Assembly (NCBI GenBank): GCA_951406725.2
Contig: OX597816.1
Location: 120,590,001 to 120,654,000, forward strand
DNA length: 64,000 nt
DNA from: Octopus vulgaris
Taxonomy: Eukaryota
Direction of reading: 5' to 3'
Shown piece after piece: positions 1 through 13,790 of this stretch. Each line of letters opens with the position of its first letter. The first letter of the stretch is position 1. The position numbers and the translations under genes were made by a program. Under the pieces are notes generated by a model. That model did no database searches and was not told where the DNA came from. It saw only the letters and a program-made list of their open reading frames with translations.

Positions 1-53
1 TAGCAAGAATCGAAACATCATAGTGGTTTGGACTTGACAGAAACCTTCTTCCT

Positions 54-115
54 GTTGTACAGTATACACCATTAGATGTTTAATAAGTTGTACAGTATAC
101 ACATTAGATGTTTAA
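54..115. repeat. Short tandem duplication (~30 bp unit, 2 copies)
   Basis: gttgtacagtatacac(c)attagatgtttaa at 54-83 and 87-115. Confidence 0.85.
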
Positions 116-650
116 ACAAGCTAACCACACTTTCAGTATAATTTTATAGCATTTTATAGTCATAACACCAAGTCATTCCACTTGTTATTTCTTAGCAAAC
201 CCTATTTCTCTCTGCCTCTTAAACTAAAAACAGCCTGTTGGTGGCAGCAGCGGAGGTCGCCAGTCAAACTACAAATTTAATCTTTTAGGAAAATCGCCAA
301 TAAAAGACTATTTGAACATCTATGCTAATAATATAGCAAGACTTTGCTCACACATGGTAACAGAACTGATTGTCATTTGAAATAGATTCCTTAGATATTT
401 ATGATATTTCAACTTTTCCCTCGTCTTTTTATAACTCTAAATTAAATAATTTACTCTGTCACTCTCTAAATATATATGCCAGCATTATAGAGAAATGGAC
501 GAATAGAAAAATTACTCTCCTTTTTTTATTTCAAGTTCGTTTAAAAGTTGCTTTTAAAAATTTTTTTTGCCTCTGACAAAGTATTTGTCAAAAATAGATG
601 AGCAAGAAAAGATAAGTGGTACATTATATATATATATATATATATATATA

Positions 651-726
<76 letters not shown>

Positions 727-1563
727 TTTGTTAATATCAAAACTACAATAAAATATAGAAAATTATCCTTAACACGTTAGCTAAGTCATCAATCTGAATA
801 ATTTCCCATTGAAACATTATTTCATTAATTAAAGTTTCAATGGCAAAGATTTTAAGATGTAGCTTTTAACCATGTTGATAACATCTTGAAGCTTTACAGA
901 TTAACTCAGCGTTTCTCTGAAGGCAGGGAGATACAGAGAAACACTTAAGTGCTAGAGATGTCAAGTGAAGCTTAGATTGGATTGGATTTCTAAATTATTG
1001 AGATATGTCACTCATCTGTCACATTGAAAATATGGCTTCAGAACAGTAAAGTTTGTAACTAAATGAAATAACATCAGAAACCTGATAGCAAAATGATGAA
1101 GCTGCAAAGTTTTAGCAAATTAATTAAAGAGAAAAGACATATTTAAAATGGATATTCAACAAATTGTGAAAATAATTGTTTCTCAGTATTTTGAATTATA
1201 TCAAACTATCTATCTTAAATAGCACTGAGTAAACAAACTATTGTTTCGTACAGAAGCTTATCATAGTAGAATAGTCGGATACTGGGAATGAGAGCTTAAA
1301 GTCGGGTCATATGCCTAAATAAACTGTTTTGTGCTGTTATTATACATGAGTTTGTAAGCAGTTATCATAATTATTTTTTTCATACAGTGAGCACAAAACT
1401 AATTCTTCTTGAGGTTTGAATTTCAACTCCATATATGAAAGTTATATGACTGGCGTCATTACTTCAACGCTAAAAGTAGTGTTGACTTCTCGGTTTCCAT
1501 TTTATTTACGTGTAATCTTGCCCAATGCCTAATAGATGTATAGTAAACAAAGTAGAAAACAAA

Positions 1564-1610
1564 TGGCTTTTATCATAAGGTTACATACTGTAACCTTATG
1601 ATAAAAACCA
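1564..1610. repeat. Perfect 18-bp inverted repeat with 3-nt loop
   Basis: ttttatcataaggttaca-tac-tgtaaccttatgataaaa. Confidence 0.9.
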
Positions 1611-1884
1611 TGACATCGTTAGTCGAGATGCTAACTCTTTCGTTACTATATTTATTTTGAGATGTTCTAAAATGCGACTAAGGTTTAGTGGAAGATTTTA
1701 ATTCAAAACTTATGGAATCAAGACATTTGTACTCAGAGCCAGAGCCGGTTTCAGCCGGGTTGCCGATGAAAGAGTTCAGTAAAAGACATTTAAGATTTAG
1801 ATACTACTTTCAGTATATGTGTAAACTATATTATGAAATGCAAATAGCTATTGTATTTAGACACACACACACACACACACACAT

Positions 1885-2280
1885 TCATTTATTCTTTTAC
1901 TTGCTTCAGTCATTTGACTGCGGCCATGCTGGAGCACCGCTTTGAAGGATATTTAGTCGGATAAATCGACCCCAGGACTTATTTCTTAAGCCTAATGCAA
2001 ATTCTATCGATGACTTTTGCCGAACCGCTATGTTACGGGGGGAGGGTAAATACTCCAACACCGGCCATTAAACGGTGATAGGGACACAAATACACACTCA
2101 CACATACAGATATAGATATACGACGGGTATCTTTCAGTTTCCGTCTACCAAATCCACTCACAAGGCTTTAGTTTGTCCGGGGCAATAGTATATGATACTT
2201 GGCCAAGGTGCCATGCAATGGGACTAAACCCGTAACCATGTGGTTGAGAAGCAAGCTTCTTACCACACAGCCGCGTGCGT
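1885..2280 (-). mobile_element. tRNA-derived SINE, family A (full-length copy)
   Basis: Reverse complement of the 48797-49228 copy: head ggctgtgtggtaagaagcttgc, core gtgagtggatttggtagacggaaactgaaag, tail ccagcatggccgcagtcaaatgactgaa. Confidence 0.85.
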
Positions 2281-4241
2281 GGTTGGTAGTTCTAATTGAT
2301 AATTAATAGAACATTGCAAATATTAGTGTTACATATCATGTAGGAAGTTGGTACAAACAATGAATCAAATATCTAAATATTTTACCGCATTTCATTTCAT
2401 CTTTCCTAACGATTTATGCTACAACTTTTATTGGTATAGATTAAATAAATATCATTATGAATGCAGAACTCGAGCATCACCTTGACAGTGATGGCTTAAA
2501 CAAACTGAAAACGATATAAAATAAATATAAGTAACAAAGTGGCCTTGTGTTTGGTACAAATAAATCAGTTTTACTTTTAACTGCATTTAAGTTGAACTGT
2601 GTTGGAGTTGAAAAAAAACTGTATGGCGCCAACAAATTTTAGTTGACTTTATGAGAATAAAACAACGTTAAATTTAATAGAAATATATGAAAATGAAAAT
2701 TGAGTATTCAACAAGTTTCTAAAAATTAAACACATATTTGCAGATTATTTTTCCATAATTCAACGACTATGCTTTATTTGTTTTCGTGAGTGAAATCAAA
2801 TAGTGTTGTTTTAATTAGTCTGTGGTTCTTATAATTGATTTTAGAATTCCTAGAATATGGCTTTACCTCCGTGATAGAATTGTACTTAAACATTTTTATT
2901 GTTGAATGAAATTATACTGTTTACTTCAATCATTGGAGAATGCCATGGACTCTAGTTAGGATTCTGACAAACCAAGTTTGTATCAAAGTTTCGACTCAAT
3001 ATATTGCCATTTGACCTTACTTTCCTCACTAATAGCTTTCGGAAAGATATGAACGTCTCAACGTACAATATTGAATCATTTAAAGATATTCAAGAAATAA
3101 TAGACTGTCTGGCCTCTCGTGCTCTCTTGGCCCATAGCAAAAACTGAACCCATCAGTTCAGGTTGACAAAATGTCCATGAATTACACAAGGTTTTTTTTA
3201 AGAAAAAAGTCCAAGATTCCAAAGCCTTGTGAGTGGATTTTGTAGACAGAAACTGAAAGAAACCTGTCGTATATATATATGTATATGCTTGTGTGTCATT
3301 TAGTTTTTTCATTATTTTGAGTTATCTTACATAGTACTGAGTAAACGAACTGTTGTTTAATACAAAGTTTATCATGGTAGAATAGCTGGGTATGCGATGG
3401 AAGTAAATCTATGATTAGTTAGCAAGATTTAACTGTTTTGTATAATTGACCATAACACTGTGCAATGTAATTGTCAGAATGCGAACCCTTTACCTGTCAG
3501 CTGGCGTACTGAACACGTTATCTACTTGAACATCTGCAGTTTTCGCTTTATTTAAATATTTATTCATTCTATTTATTACGGGTGTTATTGCTAGGATTAT
3601 GGAAATGCTAGTGCATTACTTTGTAGGGTGCAGTCGATTGATCGACACCACCACTTCTATCACTAGTACTTAGTTTTCATCAATTGGTATTTATTTCATT
3701 GACTTTGGAAGCATGAAATTAATTTATTTTGAAATTTCTCTTTTCAAGTAAGTCCATTTGATATAATGAATTTCATCGAGCAGTCAATACTTGTTCTCTA
3801 CTCAACGCTATTTAAAACATCGCATGGTCACAACTTTCTGTTACCCCTTTTCGGAATTGCAAGGATTCACTAGGTTGGTGCGTCTCTTTAGTTTCCGTCG
3901 TTCTAATCGTGTGACAAACAATTCCAACATTGGAAACGACTCTGTTGCATAAATATTTCTTCCAAATAATGAATTGAACTTAGGACTGCAAACCATCGAA
4001 TGTACTCGTCTATTCCATTGCAACTGTACCTGCATAAATGAATAACACTGTCATATATATATATGTATGTATGCATACATGCATATTTGATATTTAATAT
4101 GTATAATTATATATGTATATATATATGTGTGTGTGTGTGCATATATATAGGTACATATTTGATTTTTAATATATATAATAATATATGTATATAAATATGT
4201 ATGTATATATGTGTGTATTTATGTATTTATGTATGTATGTA

Positions 4242-4319
<78 letters not shown>

Positions 4320-4327
<8 letters not shown>

Positions 4328-4735
4328 GCTATGCGATTAAGAAGTTCGGTTCGCAACCATATTGCTTCTGGTTCAGTCGCCCTTTGTGGCACTTTGGGCA
4401 TGAGTTGCTTACTACTATTGTCCCAGGTCGACCAATACAATTGCGAGTGTATTTGGTAGAAACTGAATGGAGTCTCGTCGTATGTATATGTGCGTGCGTT
4501 AGTACATGTATGTGCGGGCGTGTGTGTGTGAGCGCGCATGCATGCGCATTTTTCTGTGTGTTTCTATCGGTAATGGTTTGTTTACGTCCTCGTCACCGAG
4601 CGGTTCAGCAAACTAGATGGTAGAATAAATATCAAGCTTTTACTGGGACGATTTGTTCGACTAAACACTTCAAGGTGGTGACTTCAACATGGCCGCAATC
4701 CAATGATTGTAACAAATGAAAGAATAAAAGAATTT
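4320..4735 (+). mobile_element. SINE family A, diverged copy
   Basis: ggttcagtc..gtggcactttgggca..atttggtagaaactgaa and tail catggccgcaatccaatgattg match family A. Confidence 0.7.
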
Positions 4736-5474
4736 GACCTCGTGTATGGTTTGAAAGTCAGAGGGCAGGGGTAATCAGAAACGCAATTGAAAAAGCTTCA
4801 TATAAAGAAATGTGCATTATTAGGAGGTTTATTTTCCATTCTTCAGAACTGTTCTAAAAATCCCAGCAGGCTTTGATCTTATTAAATTCACAAGCCGTCC
4901 AGTCTCTATGTTGCTTGAAGTGTTCTTCGTTTTCGCAGAAAATAATTGACAAAAGTTAGTTGCAGGGAAAATATCGAGTCTACCTCCTCTGACTCAGGTT
5001 CTTTTTATCTTGGTTGCCCAGACTTTTATTTTGATATGTGTGTGCATGTGTGTGTGTGGGGGGGAGAGGTACTATGTATATGTTTGGTTGTGTGCTTATA
5101 TATGGTGCATGGTGATTCTGTGGGCATATGTAGGTGTGGGTGTGTATGTGTATATTCGTGTGCGTTTGTTTGTGTGTGTACTGTGCGTGAATGTATGAGC
5201 GTGCATGATGGTCTGTATACGAGTTTGTGAGACGAATATGGATATGTATGTGTATGTGTGTTGCTTTAAGTCGGGAGCGAATATACGTTTGTGCTGCTTT
5301 GTGTGTGTACGTGTGCAATTTAAAATTGCATTTTTGCATGAGTGCATATGTAATTTAAATATGTTTTCCCTTTTTTGTCCAAGTACGTACCAGTGTGTGT
5401 AAGACTGATATGGATGTGTGTGTGCGTATATGTGCTGGTAAACGAATGGTGTACACGTCTCGGTTGTTTTGTGT

Positions 5475-5524
<50 letters not shown>

Positions 5525-6214
5525 GCGCGCGTGTGTGTGTGTGTGCATGCATATATAGTGAATAAAAGTTCTTACTATGGATAGAAACGAAAATTAATCC
5601 AAAATGATTGATTCTATGTGGAGTTGTGTCGGTGACCGGCATCTTATAAGATGAGAAAGTTCCTGTCAAAGCAAATTGGCATTTTTATTTTCGAAAGTCA
5701 GCCAGGGGACAGAAAGGCGAGTGTAAATATGTGTCCGTATGTGTGTGTGCGTGCGCGCGCGAACGGCGGAGCGAAGGTTAGTATTGTCGTTTATGTAATG
5801 GCTTGCTGGATGTGTGTGGGTGTGGCCTAAATATGTGTATATGTGTGAATGTACGTTTGTGTGTGCAGAGTGTGTTGAGGTGTGTGTGTGTGTGAGAGAG
5901 TGTGTATAAGTGTACCTCAGAATAATATGCATATATATGTATTAATATATATATTGGAAGCGTCTATGCGCTTGTGTTGTATTATCTGTGTGCGTTTACG
6001 AAGTTTATCGAAAAGACAGATGAGTGCGTTTAAGTGAGTGCATGTGTGGAACAGTTGATGGATAGTATAGATTGTGACGTGTATATGTATATGAGTGTGT
6101 TATTGACGTATGTATACGTGCGTGTGTATGTATGTATATGTGTATACTCGTATATATATTGCTGTACACTTCGGTTTTATTAATAGCGATGTTAATATAT
6201 ACATACAGGTAGCA

Positions 6215-6284
<70 letters not shown>

Positions 6285-6457
6285 GTGTGTATTTTTCCCT
6301 TGTTAGCAACACGGAAAAAATAGATAAATAGTTATCAGGGTAGCAAAAAATCACTCAAGTAAAAAGTGTAACTCCGGGTTTACGTGAAATATTTTGCATG
6401 ATATATATATTAATAAATGAAAGGAGTTAAACGCAGGTGTTATTAAAATTCTTTTAC

Positions 6458-6542
6458 TTCCGATACATGTTTCGAAGATATCACTGGCATTATTCCAAAG
6501 GAACAAAATGGTGTAAAACAATGTAATCTTCTTTTCAAGGAA
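6458..6542 (-). ncRNA. More degenerate hammerhead-like motif in the left inverted pLTR
   Basis: Reverse complement reads ttcc-TTGAAAA-[stem II]-GAAA-catgt-ATC-ggaa. Confidence 0.35.
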
Positions 6543-8459
6543 ATGAAGAAATGAAACTCGTGAATAAGATATTTTAACAGAATATGATAGATACGTATAG
6601 TGATTAACTGAACGCTATTAAGTTTGTTTTAAAAAAAACGTTACAAGATATAACGTCAAAGGTAGCCTATAGAAAGAAGAGGGTTAAGGGAAAGATAAAA
6701 CCAAATAAATGAGAAGAATATAATGATATGTAAATTAAATAAAACTCTAAAGTCTTGGAAAAAGATATATCTAGTGAATGTGAAATGTAAGAAGAAAATT
6801 AATGTGTAAATTATATATAATGATATATATCACTTATATGAACTAAAGGTGTTTTTCTGCCAATGTTTACATCGGTATGCACGCTCTATAACCGTGTTTA
6901 CAAGGAGATTTTTAGAAAAAAAAAAGTTCAGAATTACAGAGAAGACAGAATTCCTTGCCTTTATCATAAGGTATGGAAATTAAGAGAATCAACCAATCTA
7001 AATTAAATTGTTTATCGTGGTCTTTTAGATACCAAATTCATTTACTAAGCCTAGTACTGTTACGTTTATTCCTATCCCTAAGTGTAGAGTAATGATTAGA
7101 AATTATTTTAGATAACTGAGAAGATGAACTGCCTATATAAAAAAATACTTCATTACCAGAAGTAATTTTACACTTGTATATAGAATTTTTAATTTTAGAG
7201 TTACTTGACATAAACTTGATTCTGTTGTAATTGACTTGATATAAATAACATTGTTATTAGTATTTCTAGGTGGATGGATGGTATTAGCTAAATTGATATT
7301 AGTATTAGCAAATGTATCCCTATTTAACAGGCTAATATTATGTGAGGAGATAATTTGTAAGAGAATTTTGCGTTGGAAAAACCAATCCTAACTGTGTGTG
7401 AGTTGATAATAGAGTAATACCTAGAATTCTTTGGAAAATTCCTAATGATAACTTCACGAAACTGCAGAGGAAGATTATATTTCATTTGCCTCCCATAAGG
7501 AATAATAAACCAAATGGTTTTACTATTAGTTACCTTATTTTTATTGTAACTATCTTTGAAAGACATAGATTTACCTTTAGAAAGAAAATAGGAGTTTAAA
7601 TAAGGGTTATCTCTCTTCCTCTGTTTGGTGTTTGGTGTATAAATTAAAATTGATATCGTTTATATCCTTACAGCTAGATCTCATATCTCCATTAGTAAAG
7701 GTAGAATAAGAGTGAATGGAATTAATGTAGGTAACTTTCTCTGTATAACCTTCTTTAAGTAAGGCAGAGTTATAGAATTCGGCCTTATCATTCAAAATGT
7801 TAACATTAGCAGATAACTTGGACAATCTAAATGAAATATTCTTAACTAAGTTCCTAGTAATTGTCCTAGACTGATTATTGAATTTGCCAATATACTTAAG
7901 ATTGATCAATGGTTTGTGGTATGGGAAGTACGAATTATTGTGTAAGTTAAGTGTAATATCTAAAAAGTTGGCCTTCGTTACATCATCATCAAAAACGATG
8001 CTTAAGCCCATTCTACGAAAAACTTAACTAAACAATTCTTACTTTTTGTACTTTTGGGTCGGAAACATTTTGAGGTTAAAGTAAACAATCATCAGGATAT
8101 AGACCTCCATTTATGTTTGGGAACTGTTCTGCCATTTCAAAAAGTATGTACATACAGACTAAATCAGCTACTTGTGCTCGATCAGAACTACCCGTTGAAA
8201 CATCGAAACCATCTGGTGTGTCTTTACGGACCCACAACTTATTGTCAAACTTTATGATAGATTTTCTGGTGAAACCAAAACAATACATCTCATTTATTTG
8301 TTTTCTTCTTTCCTTTACCTCTCCTCTTTCTATAAGCTACCTTTGACGTTATATCCTATAGCGTTTTTTTTTAAACAAATTTAATAGCGCTCAGTTGATC
8401 ACTATACGTATCCATCATATTCTGTTAAAATGTTTTATTAACGAGTTTCATTTCTTCAT

Positions 8460-8544
8460 TTCCTTGAAGAGAGGATTACATTGTTTTACACCATTTTATT
8501 CCTTTGGAATAATAACAGTGATATCTTCGAAACATGTGTCGGAA
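8460..8544 (+). ncRNA. Type I hammerhead-like motif (C3U variant, long stem II) in PLE pLTR
   Basis: ttcc-TTGAAGA-[gaggattacattgtt..aacagtgatatcttc]-GAAAC-atgt-GTC-ggaa. Confidence 0.55.
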
Positions 8545-8572
8545 GTAAAAGAATTTGAATATCACCTGCGTT

Positions 8573-8681
<109 letters not shown>

Positions 8682-9262
8682 GTATGTATGTATGTATATT
8701 TATATATGTATATAAAATTAACATCGATATTAATAGGTTATTGCCATGAAAGATAAATTTTTTGAAGTTTGAGTTGAAGCCAATGGTGTGCCATACACCA
8801 ACCCGCTAAATCTATTATGTTATAGTGAAAAAATGTCTTACTGAAGCGTATAGGTTTTAGTTAACTCGTTAGTGGACCGGAAAAAATGCTTAGCAGCATA
8901 TCTTCCCGCTTTACGTTCTGAGTTCAAATTCCGCCGAGGTCAACCTTGTCTCTCGCCCTTTCCAGATCGCCCCTAGTTTTAAAAAAATTGTTTTTGATAT
9001 TTCTTTTTAAAACCAAAACAATGCATTTTATAAAAATAATACAAGTCACCAATCTTAACTGGTATTTCAACATCTCAAGTTGGAGCCTCATTATTATGAA
9101 ACCTTTGGAAAAGGTTCTTCTGTGTCCTGTTGTGTTTGGTTATATGAAGGGTTATTATGCGTTTCTATAATAACCAATCAACCGTGTACAGTTCTGATCT
9201 GTTATTAATATGTGGTGTGTATTTCTTAAGATAACTTCTTTTACTCTCAACAACTACATGTT

Positions 9263-9538
9263 GTGGAAATCCGCTGCCCTCTGGACGCCATTGTAGTTCG
9301 AAAAATACAAGAGAACAAAGACATCTATGAACCATTGATAAGGAGTTTGCAAATCCAGTACCCAAGATACACTATCAGCTATCTACCTATTATCATCGGA
9401 GCAACAGGATACATACTAACCCGTCTGGAGCAAAGTATGGCTGAATTTAGGATCTTGATGAGAGAACGCAAGTCCTTAATTCATACACTACAAATGGGCA
9501 CGGTATCTGAGACTATAAAAACCTGCAAGACCTTCTAA
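9263..9538 (+). mobile_element. 3' fragment of an REL-endonuclease non-LTR retrotransposon (R2/R4/CRE-like)
   Basis: EIRCPLD...KIQENKDIYEPL...LPIIIGATG resembles the C-terminal restriction-like endonuclease E..K..Y..PIIIG..G pattern. Confidence 0.55.
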
Positions 9539-10486
9539 AGATTCAAAGGATGATGGTTAAAACAACCTCGATACCAAGTAGGTGGCCAGTCAAAATTTGC
9601 TCCAAATTAAAAAGAGACAAAGATCAAACACACACACACACGCGCACACACGCACACACACGCATAAGCATATATATATATATATATATATATAAAGCAA
9701 ATTTAACTGTAACAAGAGAACATTTACAGATGGAATGATTAGTGGAAAAAGTCAAGTAAAACTTATAAAATTTGTCTTGAGTGGAGACTTTAACTTCCGT
9801 TCGACGGTTTAATTAACCAGTCTGGTTGAATAGGTCTTCAGGCGGAACTTAGTCAAAACGAATCATGTGAGTGTGTACGCACGCCAAAACACACACACAC
9901 ATACACACACACGCACACACACACACATACACACACACATACACACATATACACACACACACACTTATACTCACAGATAAAAGCAAATAGATTTAAGTCA
10001 GTAATTTGTTTGTTAGACCATGAATATATATCCGCTTATATGTTTGTGGAAACTTGTCTCGATACAGTCACTATCAATAATTTGAAGCAAAACCATACAT
10101 TAATATATAATATTCCCTCTTAATTTCTTCCTAATATCTTCCTTCCAATATGGTGGATATAAAGTTAAGACGATGTAAAAGGCAGTCGCTCTAGAGTCGA
10201 GAACATTTAAATAACTCAGAATGAACAATCGAAACAATACTGGTTAACTGATTGACTGTAACAAATCTAATAATGTTTCGACACAGTATAGAGTAACTTA
10301 CGAAAAGTGTAATGTGGTGTGAGACAGTTAGGAAAAGGAAGCCGCGGATCATGCGAAGTGGTTCTCAAAAGAGAGGCAGATAATGTGTCATGGAGACTTT
10401 AAAAAATGCACAAAACTAGGGGATGTCTTTTTATTAATTAATTTCTGGAATTATTCTTCCCTCTCTCTTTCTCTCCATCTCTTTCT

Positions 10487-10532
<46 letters not shown>

Positions 10533-10555
10533 ATGTATACAAATATATACGTGTA

Positions 10556-10603
<48 letters not shown>

Positions 10604-10898
10604 TATGTGTATGTATGTGTGTGTGTGTATGTATGCGTGTTTATGTGTGTGTTTAAAACAGTAAAGGGTATTCAGAAATCCGAATGGTTACCCTTAGTCA
10701 GCACTCCTACGAACACTGGTTAATAGAGTGCAGAGAAACGGGGAGTTTTCCTTAAAGGAAACCATTTCACACAAACCGTGCCATACAGTCTTAAAAATAC
10801 ACACACGCACACAGACAGACAGACAGATAGATAAATATTAATTTCTGACATTATTCTTCCCCCTCTCTCTTTCTCTCTCTCTCTGTATATTTATAAAG

Positions 10899-10978
<80 letters not shown>

Positions 10979-11391
10979 GTGTGTGTGTGTCTGTGTCTGT
11001 ATGTGTTTAAAACAAATTAAGTATAATTTTCATATTTTCATATATATAAATGTTTTTAATATTTCTTTTAAAGCCAAACAATGCAAGTTAGAAAAATAAT
11101 ACAGGCTGATAGTTGTAACTGGTATTTCAGCTCAGAACTCTTTTATAAGGAAACTTTTAGAGAAAAATTGTTATTAACTGACGTCTCTGTCCTGTAGTGT
11201 TTGTATATGAATGGTTGTTAGGCGTTACAATAGTAACCAGTCAGCCGCTTGGTGTGCAATTCTCAATTAAAATAGTTTCTTCAACGACTGTATGCTAATA
11301 CTTCATCCGTCAAAAACATCTAGAGACATACCACATCGAAGACATTCACGTTTCCATTGAAGCTACAGAAGAAGAAAACATTGAGAATCCG

Positions 11392-11900
11392 TTAATACTT
11401 GTGTGGATTTACTTCCGAATCAACTTTGGATAGTGCTTGGACGACTTGGGTCAAACAAACAACAACGATAGTAGGTGATCCACAGACATTGTAGTCATCC
11501 AAATACCAAACATTGAGAGACAGGTTTATAATTTTAACTACCTTGTTAATACCTAAATCAAAGACTGCCGTGACTGGGTCATTAACTAAGGCTGGTAGTA
11601 AATAAATCTGTAGTAACATAGTTGTTGACTGTAAGTTTGATAATTGTGGTAGAGTCACTACTATTGTTTCAGTATGAGGCAGGCAAATTTTGCACCTGCT
11701 CAGTTCATTGCTATGGTTGAATGCATTGATTGTAGACAGCAATTCAACTTTCACTCATCTAACTTCCTTTTGGATTCTGGGTATCAAAATTCTCATCAAC
11801 ATTGGTGAAAACCAAATGAGTTGGGCAACTGCAGCTGTAACACGACCATTTTATCAATTCGGGTGACGTAGATAGCGTATTCTATCTTTTTTACAATTAA
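11392..11900 (-). mobile_element. Degenerate CRE-like non-LTR RT fragment
   Basis: NDPVTAVFDLGI...LNVWYLDD is an RT core with the WYLDD motif typical of CRE-clade RTs. Confidence 0.55.
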
Positions 11901-12407
11901 TCCTGGCGATTAATTGCATGCGCTACTCTGGTACTACTGGTTGCTGCTCAAATTAGCATCCTGGTCAGCTTGGCTGGTTGATGTTTAATGTTGGTGTGAG
12001 ATTTTTATATGTGGCTCAACCTGGGGTTGAGATGTTATCAAATACATAAATTTTGCCAAGGGTACGTAAAAGAACGTATGCATAATTGATATTACAAAGT
12101 TTTTCATCGATATTAATTCAGATGAACTGTAGTTGCCGTAATAATTATGTGGAGATACTGACAGTAGAGGTTCAAAGCTGTCTTTCTAAGGATTCCGTTT
12201 CCGAACTACGTTGTTCCCGTATTTACCTCTTTTTGGTAAGCTGATTGTAATATTCTCCTGTCACGAAATTAATTATATCTCAGGACACGGTCAATAGTAT
12301 TTCTGTTGTGGAAATTTATATTCATAGACATTGAAAGAAAGAAAAGGATGAAATAAGTAAGAAAGGAAGAACGAAAAGAAGGTTAGAAGAAAGAAAGGAA
12401 GAACGAA

Positions 12408-12439
<32 letters not shown>

Positions 12440-13189
12440 AGGAAAGAAAGAATAAATAAATGAATGAATGAAAAGAGAACTATGTTACTGAACGGAAAGA
12501 AAAGAGGAACTGTATTGTTGAAAGTGACAGTTATTTGTGTTTAACTGTTACTCAGCAAAAATACAACGCTCACATCCATACACACACACGTACATACAAG
12601 ACTCTCTCTCTCATACACACAACACTCTCGCCTACAACCCCCCACCACCACACACACACAGACAATATTCACGCGCATACATGCGTGTATGTGTGTATGT
12701 GTGTTATGAGAGTATGTGCATCTATGAATAAATACTAACATGATGAACTTATTTCGTATTTAAATTTCTAATCTTTGGTGTTTTATTATGGAATTTCACG
12801 CCAAAAAGCTTTTAATGGGAAAATCTGGAAGGCATGAATGGTTGGTTACCTAAATTAGACTTCAGCTTTGGTCAAGTCAATATAGCTACCTGTAGATTAG
12901 CTGTTTCTGTCAAAATCAAGTTTGCTGCCAGTTCTTAGATAAAACTATTTCTTACACCCTTCGAAATAGTAACGGAAATCAAAAGGTTATCCTATTTAAC
13001 TAGATTTATTACAGAAACAATGACAGAATGTGCCATCTTCTGTTCACAAATATTGATTTATTTCCGTATTTTGTTTTAAAAATATATTTTATTATAGTTT
13101 AGTCAGAACAAAGTTCTGTGTCGATGAGCAATATAGGCCACTAGAGGCCGGTGGGATTGATATAGTCAATCGTCAGTTTGAATATCTCT

Positions 13190-13790
13190 TAAAAGACGTT
13201 TTTAGAAAACAAAATGTAGATAAGAAGGAAACACGGGAATGTTGACATTCTATGAAAGAAATATTGGGTATAGTCGCCGGTGTGGAGCTGGAAGTAAAGG
13301 CAAAGTATAGGTGAAGAGAGAAGAGAAGACTGACATGTCGGGGTAGATTTTGGTAGACGTATCATGTAGTTAGCTAGCTCTGAAAAATAGACGTTGTGGT
13401 AGTGACAAAATAGAGAGAGTGAAAAAACAACGCATCTGTGGGACACAAGTTTAAGTTTGTTGATGAGTGAATCGCTACCAATTAGTTGGATGACTTTATT
13501 TTCGATTCATTCTAGGATATCTGCCTGTGCAGCAGCATCACCGTCACAGATTGAGGAGCAATATTTCATGACAGGTCACTATTGGGCTTTGTAGTTAGTC
13601 GATGACTGTTCAGGTTTGAAGATTTTATGACACTGAAGAAGCAATCTAATCTTTTGGAAACCTGTCATAATTTGTTCCCGATTTAGGACTTGCAGACGAG
13701 ATATTCAGTGACGGTCTAGAATAGGTGACCATCTGAGGGTTTTAATTGCGAGTTGTCCAAGTCTAAAGAAGGTGAAACACAATATTGTTT
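13190..13790 (-). mobile_element. Possible degenerate Penelope N-terminal region
   Basis: Fragmentary translation loosely resembles the N-terminus of the PLE at 33136; many stops. Confidence 0.25.
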
